NCBI RefSeq assembly: GCF_009914755.1
Contig: NC_060947.1
DNA from: the human T2T-CHM13v2.0 reference genome, Homo sapiens
Strand: one strand, 5' to 3'
DNA: 64,000 nucleotides
The notes beneath the pieces are model-generated. The model ran no database searches, was not told the DNA's origin, and saw only the letters and a list, made by a program, of their open reading frames with translations. The translations under genes were made by a program, and so were the position numbers. The first letter of the stretch is position 1. Each line of letters starts with the position of its first letter. Below, piece after piece: positions 41,026 through 55,500 of the stretch.

Positions 41026-42304
41026 CCTTCTCTTTCTCACCTGCTGCATCCTCACTCCCAAGTTGGGAGATTGCGGGCCTTGACCTGACACTGCTGAGTC
41101 AGGAGGTAGGCAAGCCCAGAAAGCTCCTCTTGTCCTTGTCATTGTTCCTGCCCCACCACTGTAGCCCTCTGCTCAGGTGCATAGGCTGGAAGCAGCCAGC
41201 ACAGAAGTGAGAGGACTTAGTGTCTCACAGCCTGTCTCCTGGGACCAGGACAATTCCACTGACTATTGACCTCCTGAGACTATAGAGTCCAGCTCCAAAT
41301 GGGGCAGAAAGCTCTGGAATTCTTTATTTCTTTTAATCTAGATCTTTTATCCCTAAATCAACAATTTGCAACAATGACAGAGTCAGGCTGTGGCTTGAGG
41401 ATGGGATCCACTGGTGTGGCCTTTTGGCATTCACCACCCCGGCATGTCTCACTCCAGCCTGCACATCATCTCTGTCAAGGGTCTCTGCTCATCACAGCAG
41501 CTAATGTGCTTTTCCCACAGATGATCCCATTGTATTCATCCCAACATCTGGGTAATATTCTGAATTGCACACAAATGAGAATCGGGGTGTTTATTTTACT
41601 AGCAGAGTACACCTGCAGCTTAAATAGCATATGCTGAACAGCTGTTGATGACTATAAATTGAGACCTGGGTGAGGAGTTGTAAACCCTGGAGGTTCATCC
41701 CTAGCAAGAAGGATCCAAGACTTTCAAATTCAATGAATCTGGACACTATTGAGAGAAGAGAGACATCATTACAGGCAGATAATGGTTTGAAATCTCATCC
41801 AGTGATGATTGGGGAAGCAGACGTAAGCCAGGATGATTTTTATACGTTTCGATAGCCCCTGCCGAGTGGGAGATTAAATAAGCGAAAGGTCTGATTGGTA
41901 ACCACATTTGGGCCACTGAGCAATTGCAGAGAGGTAGAGGCAATCATACTGCCTGAGCTTGCCAGGAGGAAAGGAATGGGGTTAAACTGCTAAAGGCAAT
42001 CCATTTTGTCACATAGCTTTATGTACTCAGACATTCCAAAACCCAGTTATATAATTCACCTAAGGTGTTGCCCATTTGGGACAGTTACTGCCCCTCTCCC
42101 CAATATACTCAGTTGTTTAGCCAGTGATTCCGACATTTAAAAAAAATTTAAATAATATTTATGTGCAGAGTGCTGGGAATAGAATAATGAAAGCTATTAC
42201 CCCTGACCTCAAGGAAGCCACTATCAAGTTGGCCTTGTTATTGACTGCTGCATAATAAACCACCACAAAATTTAAGGTCTCACTACAAGAGAAACCAGGG
42301 TGAC

Positions 42305-42686
42305 AGTCTTAATTAGTTCAAGCTATTAAATACCAGAGACTGAGAGGCTTATACAACAGACATTTATTTCTCACAGTTCTGAGGCTGAGAAGTTCATGGT
42401 GTCAGCAGATTTGGTTCTTGGTGAGGGCTTTCTTCTTGGCTTATAGATGGCAACCTTCTCACTGTGTCCTTACATGGCCTTTCTTCAATGCACACACACA
42501 CATACAGAGAATTCTCTTTCTCATCCTCTTCCTATAAAGGCACAAATCTCATCATGAGGTGCCCATTCTCATGATATCACCTGAATCTAATCACCTCCCA
42601 AAGGCTGCACCTCCAAATATGATCACATTGGGGGTTAGCACTTCAACATATGAATTTGAGGGGACACAAACATTCAGTCCGTAAGA
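42305..42686 (-). mobile_element. MLT1A-type solo LTR
   Basis: catttatttctcacagttctgaggctgagaagtt...gggacacaaacattcagtccgtaaga; exact TSD gtgac. Confidence 0.88.
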
Positions 42687-42695
42687 GTGACCAAT

Positions 42696-43101
42696 CGTAT
42701 TAGTTTGCTAGGGCTGCCACAACAAATACCACAGACTGGGTGGCTTAAACAGCAGAAATGTATTTTCCCATAGTTCTGGAGGCTGGAAGTACAAGATCAA
42801 GGTATTAGCAGGGTTGGCGTCTTCTGAATCTCTCTCCTTGACTTGTAGATCACCTCCTCCTTGCCGGGTCCTCACATGTTTGCCCCTTGGTCTGTGTGTT
42901 GTTTGTCTTTTAATCTCCTCTTGTTAAAACACCAGCCATTCATATTGCATTAGGGCCTACCCTAATGTCCTCATTTTAGCTTAATTATCTCTTCAAAGTC
43001 CATATCTCCAATTACAGTCGCATTTTGAGGTACTGTGGGTTATGACTTCAACATATAAATTTGCAGGGTTTGGAGGGGGTGGAACAATTCAGCCTGTAAC
43101 A
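42696..43101 (-). mobile_element. MLT1B/C-type solo LTR
   Basis: gtattagtttgctagggctgccacaacaaataccacagactgggtggc...aattcagcctgtaaca; TSD ccaat/tcaac. Confidence 0.88.
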
Positions 43102-43728
43102 TCAACCATTCAGTTTTGCCTGAGACTGGGGATTCCTGGGATGTGAGACTTTTGGTGCTAAAATAGGGAAAGACCCAGGCAAACCAGGACAAATTGGTCA
43201 CTCTAAGAATAGCATTCAATTTGCTCACAAATCTGTGACATGGGCAGGACTCAAAAAAGACAACTTATACCTATTCCACTCTTGATCATCTGGGGCAGCT
43301 CAGAGGCTGGAGGCTGAAATCATCCAAGGCTCACTTACTCACATGTCTGAGAGTTGATGCTGGAAAGACTCAAACAGCTGGGTGATGGACAGCTTGAGTT
43401 TCTTGGGCACCTCCCTGTATCTCTATGTGGTCCCTCCATGTGGCTTTTCTAACATGATGGCCTCTGAGCACCAGACTTCTTATAGAATGCCTCTGGGATC
43501 CCAAGGCAGGCATCCCAAAAAAGCAAAAGCCAGGCCAAATCTGTGTTGCCTTTTATGACCCAGCCACTGAGTGCCACATAACATCACCTCTCCCACGTGC
43601 TGCATGTCAAGGCAATCATAACTGCCCGCCCAGGTTCAAGGGAAGTGGAAATCACTGGATCCCTCAAGATCCATCACTTGATCAGGTATCAACAAAAACA
43701 CATGGGCCAAGAATTATTGTTGCAGCCA

Positions 43729-44125
43729 TTTTTTTTTAAGTTTTGATTGTGGTAAAATACACATAACATAAAATTTACTATCTTAATCATTTTTAAATAT
43801 ACAGCTCACTAAGGTTAAGTTATTCATATTGTTGTGCAACCGAGCTCCAGAACTCTTTATCTTGCAAAACTGAAACTGCACCCATTAAACACTAATTCCC
43901 CATTTCCCCTTCTCCCAGCCTCTGACAACCACCATTCTATTTTCTATCTCTGTGAGTCTGACCGCTTTTAGGTACCCATGTAAGTGGAATCATTTGTCCT
44001 TTTGTGACTGGCTGATTTCATTTAGTATAGTGTCCTCAAGGTTCATCCATGTTGTAGCATGAGTCAGAATTTCTATTCTTTTTAAGGCTAAATAATATTC
44101 CACTGGATGGATAGACTACATGTCA
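43729..44125 (-). mobile_element. L1MB-type 3' end
   Basis: ttgtggtaaaatacacataacataaaattta...gtcctcaaggttcatccatgttgtagcatg. Confidence 0.87.
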
Positions 44126-44959
44126 CAGGCATTTTTGATACAATCCATCACACTAGAGGAGAACAGAGACCAATCAACCCAGTTATAGCACAGCAAGGTA
44201 AGCATTATGACCAGAATGTGGCAGGATGTTACGAGGGCACAGAGGAGAGGGAAAGGCTTCCTGGAGGAGGCGATCCATTCTAGACAGGCAGGCATTACGA
44301 ACTATGCTTTCCAAGCAGAGCAAACAGGAAGCACAAGGGCCCTAGGGAGCAAGAACAGCAGGGTGTTTGGAAGCCAGGTTCAGGTTATGCCCTGCTGAAT
44401 TTGCGGGGGTACCGCTCTCACAGAGATGACAATAATGCTCTCTAGAACGATGCTGTGCACAGCCTGTTCATCCATCTTCCACAGTCCTGCAAAAGAACAA
44501 GCAGGAAAGAAAGCAAGGAGATGCAGTGGAGATCCAGGAGGATCTTCTACAAAATCCAAAGGGTTCAGGATTTTATCCTGGAGGCAATGAGAAACCATCA
44601 AAGAATTTTAAATGGGGAGGAGAGAGAAACAAAAATGAGAAATTACTATTATTAGTGGAAATAAAGGTGCCATTGTGCATGGTGGGGATGTGGAGAGGGG
44701 TGTTAGATCTCTTCGAGCGCTTTCGTTTTGACCCCCATTGAAATATCTGATTTACCAATTATCACGTGGAAGCCTTAAGGGGCCTGGTCCTGAGGCGAAA
44801 TGAGAACAGGTCCACTTTCTTCCTGAGCCCAGCATCTGAACCTCCCACCAGCCAGCTCTAAATCTACATGGCATTTGCATTCTAGTCATGGGAGAAAGGC
44901 AATATGAAGGCAAAGGAGTGTCTGGGGTAGTCACAGATGGAGACCCATGCTGTCAGGAA

Positions 44960-46290
44960 AATAAACCCAGGTGGTAGAGAGTGGCTAGGTGGGGGTAAAG
45001 CCTACATTCAGTAAGGCGATCAGAGAGGGGCTCTCTGAGGAGGGAATTTTTGGACTGACACCTCCGTGACAAGTAGATAGCAGCCATGTGAATCTGAGAG
45101 GAGGGTTTTGCAGGGAGGGAGATCAGTAAATGTGAAGCCTTTAGGGTGCAAACAATGTTGGTATATTTAAAAAACAGCAAGGTCAGTGTGGCTGAAGTGG
45201 AGGTCTGAAGAGGGGGTAAGAGGAGATGAGTTGGGGAGTAGGTGGAAGTCGTGTAGGCCAGCCATTTTAGATGAAATGAATAGGAAGTGACAGGGGGGTT
45301 TTAGGCAGGAGTGGCAGAACATCAGACACCTCTTAGATGCTATCCCTTAACACCTTCTCAACCTCACCTGTTGAATGGGCCTTGACTAGTTTTTCTGTCC
45401 TAGCTGCAATGGTGGCCAGCTCTGTGCACACTCTATGATTAACTTCATGTAGACACACTCCAATGTGACTTCACCTCATGCCTCATCCATGTGCCTCTCA
45501 CCTCCCCTTAGGATTTTCCCCATTGACAAGGTGACATGGCTGCTGAGGCACCCACAAGGAGCCCATATGTGTGCAACTCATAAGTGCAGGGAGTTACTGT
45601 CTCATGGAGTGGACTGTTGATCTACAGGAGAGAAGAGTTGATATTTCTTCCCCCTTCTTCCCCTGGGACAGACTATCTTGAGAGGCAGACCTTACATGCC
45701 TTCTCTGAAGCCAGCCCATCAGCTCCAGCAATCAGTTTCACTTGATACTAAAGAGTGGCTAGCTCAGTAACACGCCCTTTATTGGCTCACCGTCCTTCCC
45801 TGCCTCACTTCCTTTGTTCCTCACTCCAGCTTCCTTAGATTGCACAACCTAATATAATAGTGAACTTTACCACAGAATATTTTTTAGGGGAATCTGCAGT
45901 TCAGGCAGAAATGTTCCAATTTACCCGTAAGAAAGGTCAATCTGACTTCTATACAGGTGGTTGATTATGCAGAGACAAGTGTGGGAGTTGGGAGAGACAC
46001 ATTAAGAGGCTCTTGCAGTTGCCCAGGTAAGAGATGATAGTGCCTGAGATGAGGGGATTGTAGTGGAGATAGAGGAGTGGATAGACTCATATGTCTCGGA
46101 GGCACAGCTGACAAGAACAGCTAATGGATTGGATATGGCACTACAGAGAAATCAAGGCTGACTTCTAGGTTTATAGCTTGAGCAATTAGCCAATGATGGT
46201 GCCTTTTATCAAGAGGGGGAACACTAGAAAAGAAGCAGGTTTGAAAAACTTATTTGTTTATCAAATATTTTTTGGAGCATCTACTATGTA
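44960..46290 (-). mobile_element. L2 fragments, interrupted by an LTR16-like LTR (about 45370-45900, +)
   Basis: aagaggctcttgcagttgcccaggtaagagatgatagtg...aatcaaggctgacttctaggttt; LTR16-like cagtaacacgccctttattggct...cttccctgcctcacttcc. Confidence 0.65.
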
Positions 46291-46294
46291 CTAG

Positions 46295-47131
<837 letters not shown>

Positions 47132-48740
47132 TTGTCCAGCATGTTAGGTGCTTCGGATTCAGAGCTGAGAGGCCCATATAGTATCTCAACAGGTTCAGCA
47201 ATGACAATGCTGTGGAACTGTGTACAAGGGGCCATCAAAATACCGTGAGGGACATCAAATGTCCCTCGAGGGAGGAAAGAAGGAGTCAGGGAAGAATCCT
47301 GGAAAAGTTTAAGTAGAGTTCTGAAGGATGGGAGAAAGCCAGAAAAAAAGAGGATAAGGATGATTCAGGTAGCAAATGCAAACATGCAGGAATATGAGCA
47401 GGCATGGCCCTTGTAATTAAGGATGTTTGTGGTGAAGGTCAAGAAGAAGGGAAACAAAGAAAGAAGAATCTTGAGGCAGAACAACAGCAGCCATGTGAAG
47501 GGCTTTTTAGACATGCTGAGGCATTTGCCCTTTAGTCTGGCAGCTAAGGGGAGCCACTGAGGGGGTTCCCAAAACCATACACATACTTTACTATTTTGTG
47601 CTTTTGTACATGGGGTTTCCTCAGCCTGGAACATTCTCCCCCATTCCCCTTCCTACTTCCTGACAAAGTCTTACTCATATTTCAAGTGCTTCATCCATGG
47701 CTACATCCTCTCCGCTGGATCCCCACCCTGCCCCCCAAGCTATAGTTCTCTGCACCTCCATTTCTGCTCAGCTCCATGATGCCATGAGCTGGCCGTGACC
47801 TTGGCCTCCCCTTTCTCCTCCAGGCTGTGAACTCCTTTAAACTTGGACTCCTTCTCTCAGATTAGAGCCCAACCAGAGGCCTGGAGAATGTAGAATCTGC
47901 TTAGTAATTGGCTGAATTGAATGCCTTTGAAATGTGAGAGAAGCTTGAAACCAAAGAGGACAGACAGCATCCACAGACTGCAGGGAAGAAAACCAGTCTC
48001 TGCAGTCAGGTGAGAAGAGGTGATGAAGAGTCATCAAAGACTGTCTATGTCTCACAATAGCTCTGAGTCAGGGACATGGGAAATGTCCCCTTTTAAGTCC
48101 AACCACTCTTCAGCTTTTGTGCCATAGAATCAGTGCTCACCGTTGGGCTCGGCCTAGTGATGTAGTCAGTTGCCCACATAGTCCCACCAGACCAAGACCA
48201 CTAACCTTTTTTACACAGTACATGAAATGGCATTCGTTGAAAGGCTGATATGTTCTGCCAGTGCAGACCCGGACTGGCCCTGAACCAATGGCTGGAGGGG
48301 GAAGGCGAAAGTTTCCATGTCTCCTTTTCTGCTGTTATTCCCTCTTGCACACATGGGATTTATTCTTTACAAGTTTAAACGTTACATTGAAAATAAATTC
48401 AAATGACCAAAATGTTTCATGGAACAATCCATAATAAAGATAAAAGCCACCTGCGCTGGGGGAGGCACCAACAGCCAATTCTAAATTGCTCTAGTGTCTG
48501 GAACTTCCTGAACGGAATTCTCAAGCGCTCTCCCAACAATTTGAAGAGCTCATCTGCCGAAGTTGGAGTAGAACTGTCCAAAAATGGGATCACCATATCT
48601 CAATCAAACAAACAAACAAAAAAAATGGAGGAAAACAAAACTTCCTGGAAAGACAGAAACAAAATAAAATAAAACAAAATCACAATGGTACTTAATGGAT
48701 TCAAGTAACATGGAGTTTCCTTATTCTTGTACAGAATCTA

Positions 48741-48741
48741 G

Positions 48742-48772
<31 letters not shown>

Positions 48773-48820
48773 ATACACATACATATATTTATACATATAG
48801 ATATGCACACACACATATAA
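48741..48820. repeat. (TA)n(TG)n/(CA)n low-complexity microsatellite
   Basis: Direct reading of the sequence. Confidence 0.85.
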
Positions 48821-50530
48821 TTTCCCATTTATTCCATTATGGAATCCTAGTCTAAGATCATGACCCCTCCAAAAAAAATACTAATGTAATGGAGGGACTT
48901 TTATGGTCATCTCTACAGTTAGATTGACCTCATAAAATAATGCGAGTTATATACATGCACATACACATAAGCCAGATTCTCAACTTACGTAATTCTATGG
49001 GAATTCACAGAGTTATATTGGTTGAGAATTTGGCTTAAGTTTCTCTTATTATAGAAATTCCCATCAACTAGCATGAGATGAGGCTCCACACACATTGCCA
49101 CAAAGCTTCATAGGCTGAGAATCTGGCCCACAGAGCACAGGATAATGTCCATCCAAACGTCGGCTTAGATTTTATCTGGCCTTGCTTTCCAGAGCAGCTT
49201 GCATGATGGAATGAGCAAATGCCTTTGGCCTCTGGAGCTCTATGAATCAGTGTGACCCAGTATGGGAAGCTTCAGGCTATCTGTCCATCCTGGAGGGGCA
49301 CAATCCCTTCCCGCCTCAGTTTCCTTTTCTGTGGATTGGGTGGGACTATTACCTGCCTCCCCACTGTCACTCTGAGGGCTCTCTGCTGTTTATGAAAGTG
49401 CAGTTTGCGAATAGGATGTCCAGAAAATAGGCATTAAGAGCTGGAGCCAGGCATTGGTTGCCAGAGAAAATGCATTTATTTGCTAGGTTAGCAAGTGCCA
49501 ACATCAGTAATTGAATTTGTACCAAAACATGCATTTTTAAAAATGTTGTTCTGTTCCATTCATTATTTATAGAATATCACCTAAGGGCAGCGCATGCTAC
49601 AAGCCAAAAATCTCATCCTGCATTTTATCAGAAACCCATTGCAGGGAAGGGGAGAAGGGAGAGGGAGGGAGAAAATAAAATGAGATTTCTGGAAAAAGCT
49701 AAAGGAACTTGTCTGGCATGTTTTGTCTGGACCAGCAATGCCCACAGGGCAACTCGATAATAATCTCCAAATGCAAGGGGACTGGAGAGCAGCTGCTCTC
49801 ACCACTCAGGACGGGAGAAGAAACCTCCACAGCACCATGAAAGATTTAGGCTAGTTAGAAAGGGAAACTTCTTTAACAGGGAAGGTAAAGCAGTGGAATT
49901 GAGAGCAGGGGAAGACTTTTAGATGAGGGAAGGGTCTCGTGTATTCCAGACAGTGTCAGGAAAAGAAGTCGATTCGATGTTTCCTTGACTCTGAGACAAT
50001 AGACGTCCCTAGAGGTCAGCAACGCACCAGGGAATTTTCCAGAGCCTATAAAGGGTGGTTCTCCGGGAAGGGTGGCATGTGATCACGTTAGGAGCATGGG
50101 TTCTGGTGCGAGAGACCATGCTTTGAATGTCATGTTTGGGCAAATGACTTAAACTTTCTGTGCCTGCTTAAGTATTCATAATATGGGGATAATTGCTCAT
50201 TCAACCCTACGGCTGTACCAGGCATTGTCCTGGGAAAAGGGAATACAGCAATGAACACAGTAGGCAAAATAAAAAACAGAAAAAGAAAAACAGCAACAAC
50301 AAAAAACCCTGACAATTATAATGGGAGTGGTAGACTTACTGTAATAACAAAGAATAAATAAGGAAAATATACTGTATGTCTGATGGTAATAAGTGCTATA
50401 GGGATAAATTAAGCAGGGAAGGGGGGTGGGGAAGTTCTAATTTTAAGTAGGGTGTGGGGGGCAGGTCACACGCTGAGACCACGTCTTTTGAGGAAAGACT
50501 TGAAGGAACTGAAGAAGTGAGCTAAGAGGT

Positions 50531-50989
50531 TGTAGTGGGTTGAATAGCCCTTCTAAAAGGATATGTCCACATCCTGACCCTGGGAACCTGTGAGTGTGAC
50601 TTTATTTGGAAAAAAGGGTCTTTGTAGATGTCATTAAGTTAAAGATCTCTGGATGAGATTGGTCTGGGTTATCTGGGTGGGCCCTAAATCCAATGGCAGG
50701 TGTCCTTATAAGAGACAGAAGAGGAGAAGACAGACACAGAGGAGAAGACCATGTGAAGATGGAGGCAGAGATTGGAGTGATGTGGCCGCAAGCCAAGGAA
50801 TGCCTGAAGCTACCAGAAGCTGGGAGAGGCAAGAAAGGATTCTCTCCTAAAGCCTTCAGAGGGATCATGGCCCTGTGACACCTAGATTTCAGACTTCTGG
50901 CCTCCAGAACAGTGAGAGAATAAATTTCTCTTGTTGTAAGTCACCAAGCTTGTGGTGATTTGTTATGGCAGCCCTGGGAAACCAATACA
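50531..50989 (+). mobile_element. MLT1C-type solo LTR within an L2
   Basis: tgtagtgggttgaatag...gagagaataaatttc...gttatggcagccctgggaaaccaataca. Confidence 0.9.
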
Positions 50990-51219
50990 GACAGCATCTA
51001 AGGGAAGAGAGCTAAACAGAGAGAATAGCAGGTGCAAAGGCTCTGAGGCAGATCTTTTGCCTGCCTGCTTGGGAAAGAGCAAGGAGGTCTGTGTGTTCGG
51101 GATGGAGGGAGTGATGGGTTTTCTGCAGCTGAAGCAGAAGCTGAAGGAGTTAACAGGTGGAAGTTCTCTGCTAACAGCACTTTCCACAGCTGGGCAGCAT
51201 GTTCTTCCTGGAAGAGGAG

Positions 51220-51611
51220 GGATAGTGTGGTTTGGTTCTGTGTCCTCAACCAAATCTCATCTCGAGTTGTGCTCTTTAGTGTTGGAGGAGAGGCCTGGTA
51301 AGAGGTGATTGGATCATGGGGACAGACTTCCCCCTTGCTGTTCTTGTCATAGTGAGTGAGTTCTCATGATATCTGGTGGTTTAAAAGTGTGTGGCACTTC
51401 CCCCTTTGCTCTCTTGCTCTCTCTCCTGCTCTGTCATGGTAAAATGTGCTTCCTTCCTCTTTGCCTTCTGCCATGATTGTAAGTTTCCTGAGGCCTCCCA
51501 GGCACACTTTCTGTACAGCCTGCAGAACTTCCAGAAAATTAAACCTGTTTTCATCATGAATTACCGAGTCTCAGGTAGTTCTTTATAGCAGTGTGAGAAT
51601 GGACTAATACA
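51220..51611 (+). mobile_element. MSTB-type solo LTR
   Basis: gtggtttggttctgtgtcc...ccaaatctcatctcgag...gtctcaggtagttctttatagcagtgtgagaatggactaataca. Confidence 0.9.
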
Positions 51612-52293
51612 AGTGAGTTGTGGGGAATGATATCCATATCTAACATAAGCAGTGAGTCTAAGTGAGAAAGCAATTGCAAAATGATGGTGGCTTGGACCAA
51701 GCCAATAGGAGTAGAAGTAGAAGTAGTGAGAATATGTTTTTGAGGGATAGGGACAACTGGGTTTATAGCGGATTGGATGTGGGATATACAATAAAGAAGG
51801 AGGCCGAGGAGGACTTCAAGCATTTTGGCCAGAGCAAATAGAAAAATGGTTCCATCAACTGAGACCAAGAATGCAGTAAATGGGGCAGGTTTGGAAGAAA
51901 AGATCAAGAGTTTGATTTCAGGCAGGTTAGGTTTAAGATAATTATTAAACATCTGAGTGTAAATAGCAGACAGTCAGTCAGATATCTGGCTGAAGGGGAG
52001 ATGTCTGATCCAGAGATGTAAATTTGGAAAAATTTTAATATTCATTTTTAAACTTACGGCAAAAGTCTGTCTTTTTGTTATACAGTTTTATGAGTTTTTT
52101 AAAAAATGCATAATCATGTAGCCACCACCATAATCAAGATACAGAATTGTTCTATCATCTTTAAAAAACTCCCTCATACTGCCCCTTTGTAATCAAACCC
52201 TCCCCCCATCTACAGCCCTTGGTAACCACTAATCTATTTTCTGTCACTATAGTTTTCCCTTTTTCAGAATGTCACATAAATACAAACACACAG

Positions 52294-52659
52294 TGTATTA
52301 GTCTGCTCTTACACTGCTGATAAAGACATACCTGAGACTGGGTAATTTCTAAAGAAAAAGAGGTTTAATGGACTCACAGTTCCACATGGCTGAGGACGCC
52401 TCACAATCATGGCAGATGGCAAAGGAGAAACAAAGGCACGTCTTACATGGTGGCAGGCAAGAGAGCGTGTGCAGGGGAACTGCCCTTTTATAAAACCATC
52501 AGATCTCGTAAGACTTATTCACTATCACGAGAACAGCATGGGAAAAACTCGCCCCCATGATTCAATTACCTCCCACTTACTCCCTCCCATGACACGTAGG
52601 GATTATGGGAGCTACAGTTCAAGATGAGATTTGGGCGGGGACATAGCCAAACCGTATCA
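52294..52659 (-). mobile_element. THE1 (THE1C-like) solo LTR
   Basis: tgtattagtctg...gataaagacatacctgagactggg...gggacatagccaaaccgtatca; TSD cacag/tacag. Confidence 0.93.
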
Positions 52660-53593
52660 TACAGTATGTAGGATTTTGAATCTGGCTTCTTTCACTCAGC
52701 ATAGTACATTTGAGATTCAATCATGTCACTGTGTTTATCAATGGTCCATTACTTTTTCTGATGAGTAGTATTCCACTGCATGGGTGTACCAGATTTTGCT
52801 TACCCTTTCACCCACTGAAGGACACATGGGTGGTCTCCACTTATTAGCAGTTATGATAAAGCTGGTATGCATATTCATGTACAGGTTTTTGTGTGAACAA
52901 AAGTTTTCAGTTTTCTCAGGTACAAAACTAGGAATGGGATTGTTGGATCGTAGGGTAGATGTACATTTAACCCTACAAGAAACTGCCAAACTGTTTTCCA
53001 AAGTAACTGTACCATTTTGCATTTCCACCAGCAACGTCAGATATTTACTTATTCATTTACCATTCTAATGGGTGTGTAGGAGTATCTCATTGTGGCTTTA
53101 ATTTGCCTTTCCCTAATTATTAATAATGTTGAGTGTCATTTCATGTGCTTATTTGCCATCTGAGTATCTTTAGTAAAGTATCCATTCAAATATTTGCCCA
53201 TGTTAAATTGGGTTATTTGCTTTCATATTGTTGAGTATGAAAAATCCCTTATAGAGTCTGCTTAAAAGTCCTTGGTCTGATATGTGATTTGGAAACATAT
53301 TCTCCAAGCCTGTACCTTCTCTTTTTACTCTTTTAAAAGTATTTTTAGCAGAGAAAAAGGTTTAAATTTTGGCGAAGCTCAGTTTAACATTTTTTTTTTC
53401 TTTTCCAGATCATGCTTTTGTTGTTGAAGCCAAGAACTCATTGCCTAATTTAAGGTAACAAAGATCTTCTCCTTTATTTTCTTTTAAAAGTCTTATAAAT
53501 TTAGGTATTACATTTAGGTCTATGAACCATTTTGAGTGAATTTCTGTATAAGGCTTCAGGTATAGTCAAGGTACCTTTTTTGCGTATGGGTAT

Positions 53594-53962
53594 TGTCTTA
53601 GTCCATTTGAACTGCTGTGACAAAATATAAACTGGATGGCTTGTAAACTACAGAAATTTATTTCTCACAGTTCTGAGGCTGGGAAGTTCAAGATCAAAGT
53701 GCCAGAAGATTCAGTGTCTGACGAGGGCTCGTTTCTCATAGGCTCTTTCTTGCTGCATCCTCACATGGTGGAAGGCACAAGTTAGCTTCCTGGGGCCTCA
53801 TTTATAAGGTCACTAATCCCATTCATGAAGGCTCTTCATGACCTAATCACCTCCCAAAATGCCTCACTTAACTTACTAATACCATTACCTTGGAGGTTAG
53901 GGTTCAACATATGAATTGCAGGGCCAGGGTGGGGAGGGGACACAATCATTTAGACCATAGCA
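53594..53962 (-). mobile_element. MLT1A0-type solo LTR
   Basis: tgtcttagtccatttg...tttatttctcacagttctg...cattta gaccatagca; exact TSD ggtat. Confidence 0.9.
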
Positions 53963-54029
53963 GGTATCCAACTATTCTAGCACCATTTGTTGAAGTTCTG
54001 TTCTTTTTTCAATTTATGCTTTCTTCCAT

Positions 54030-55500
54030 TTTAAAAAATCCTCTTTTCTCTTAGTTATTCAGATTCTATAATTTCTATTGATCTATTTTCAAGTGCACTC
54101 ACTTTTTTCTTTGTCATCCCTATTCTGCTGTTGAACCCATCTAGTGTTTCTTTTGTTAGAGATATATTTTTCAGTTCTAAAATTTCCATTTGATTCTTCT
54201 TTTATAGTTTCTATTTTTCTCTTGAGAACTTCTATCCTTCCATTCATTTCAAGAATGTTCACCCTCACTTCGTGGAACATGGTTATGATAGCTGCTTTAA
54301 AGTCTTTGCTAATTCCAACATCTGGATTATCATGGTGTTGACATCTGTCTATTGTCCTTTCCCTTCAGAATTGATCCTGGTTCTTTATATGTTGAATAAT
54401 TTTAGATTACATTCTGAACATACTGACTATTATGTTGTGAGACTGGGTCCTGTTAAAGTTCTCTTGAGAATGTCAGTAGATATTGTTTTTATTTTAGCAG
54501 GAAATCAGCACAGTTAGGTTAAGGCCAGAAGTTTTCTCTCACTGTCTGTGGGTAGTGGTTCAAATGTCATTTCAGGATTGAATGTCATTGTTTTTACTGT
54601 CCTAGTCTATGTGACTGGAAATCAGGAGCTTGTATGGGACTTGGGGCATACCACTCCTATCATAGCTCAGTTCTCAAAGACTTTACTGTGCTTCTTTGGG
54701 TCTGTGTTGCTCATGACAGCTGACTTGTGAAGAGCCCAGGACTTGTGTCAGTTCATACACAGAATTAGGGGGATTCCCTTTTCCAGCTCTCTCCTCTCTA
54801 AGATTTTCTCCACACTCTCTGGCTCCCAAGGACCACTTTCCCCAATTCATTTGGCCAGAAAAATAGGTTTCCCTCAGAGTTCTAACTTTCCCCACTACTG
54901 TACTGTCATACAGTTCTGCATCACTGGAGCCATCCTTGGGGTAAAGCAGCGACAGAAAAGACAGAGAAAAAAAATGATGGGATTCCTTCTACACTCTTCA
55001 AACACAGGGACCCATTTTCCCAGTTCTATTAGTCAGGGAAACAAATTTTAGGTGCCTGAACTGCCACTGCCACTGTCACTATAGCAGTGACTGGGGCTAG
55101 CCCTAGGACGAAGCCAGGAGACAACAAAAGAAAAAGGAAAAAGAATGGGTGGTTTCCTGAACCCTCTGACTCTCAGGGGTTCCTTTCTCCAGGCCTCTAG
55201 CCAGAAAGATTTGGATTTCTATTAGAGTTTTGGGTGCCCACCCCCATTTCATGTTCTGTGACTCAGGCCACCAGACCACCCTCATAACAAGTCAGAAGAC
55301 ATGAGGAAAAAAGAAATAGCAATCTGGCTGGTATTGGTCCTTATTCAAGTTTTGACTTCATTCTCGAATCTATCCACTATTGTTTACCTTTCAGAGTCCT
55401 TCGGTAATTACTTTGTATATTCTGTCTGGAGTTTTCAGATATAATTGGTGGCAGAGACAGACTAAATAGGCTTACTCCATCTTGGCTGGCCCTGGAAGTT
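54030..55500 (-). mobile_element. Old L1M ORF1/5' region fragment
   Basis: atttctattgatctattttcaagtgcactc...tctgctgttgaacccatctagtg...ttcagttctaaaatttccatttgattc is typical antisense old-L1 ORF1. Confidence 0.6.

Larger units (their letters stand above)
42296..43205. mobile_element. MER94 (hAT-Blackjack) split by two LTRs
   Basis: Rejoined sequence cagggtgac-caa(c)-cattcagttttgcctgagactg...caaaccaggacaaattggtcactcta; TIRs agggtgacc and ggtcactct. Confidence 0.8.
42236..44152 (-). mobile_element. Old MLT1 (F/H-like) LTR, host of nested insertions
   Basis: Pieces at 42236-42290 (attgactgctgcataataaaccaccacaaaattt), 43206-43728 (ttgctcacaaatctgtg...ctcacttactcacatgtctg) and about 44128-44152. 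Confidence 0.7.
52035..53995 (-). mobile_element. Old L1M (L1MB/MC) 3' region carrying two LTR insertions
   Basis: ccaccaccataatcaagatacagaa...ctgccaaactgttttccaaagt...gcaccatttgttgaa. Confidence 0.85.
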
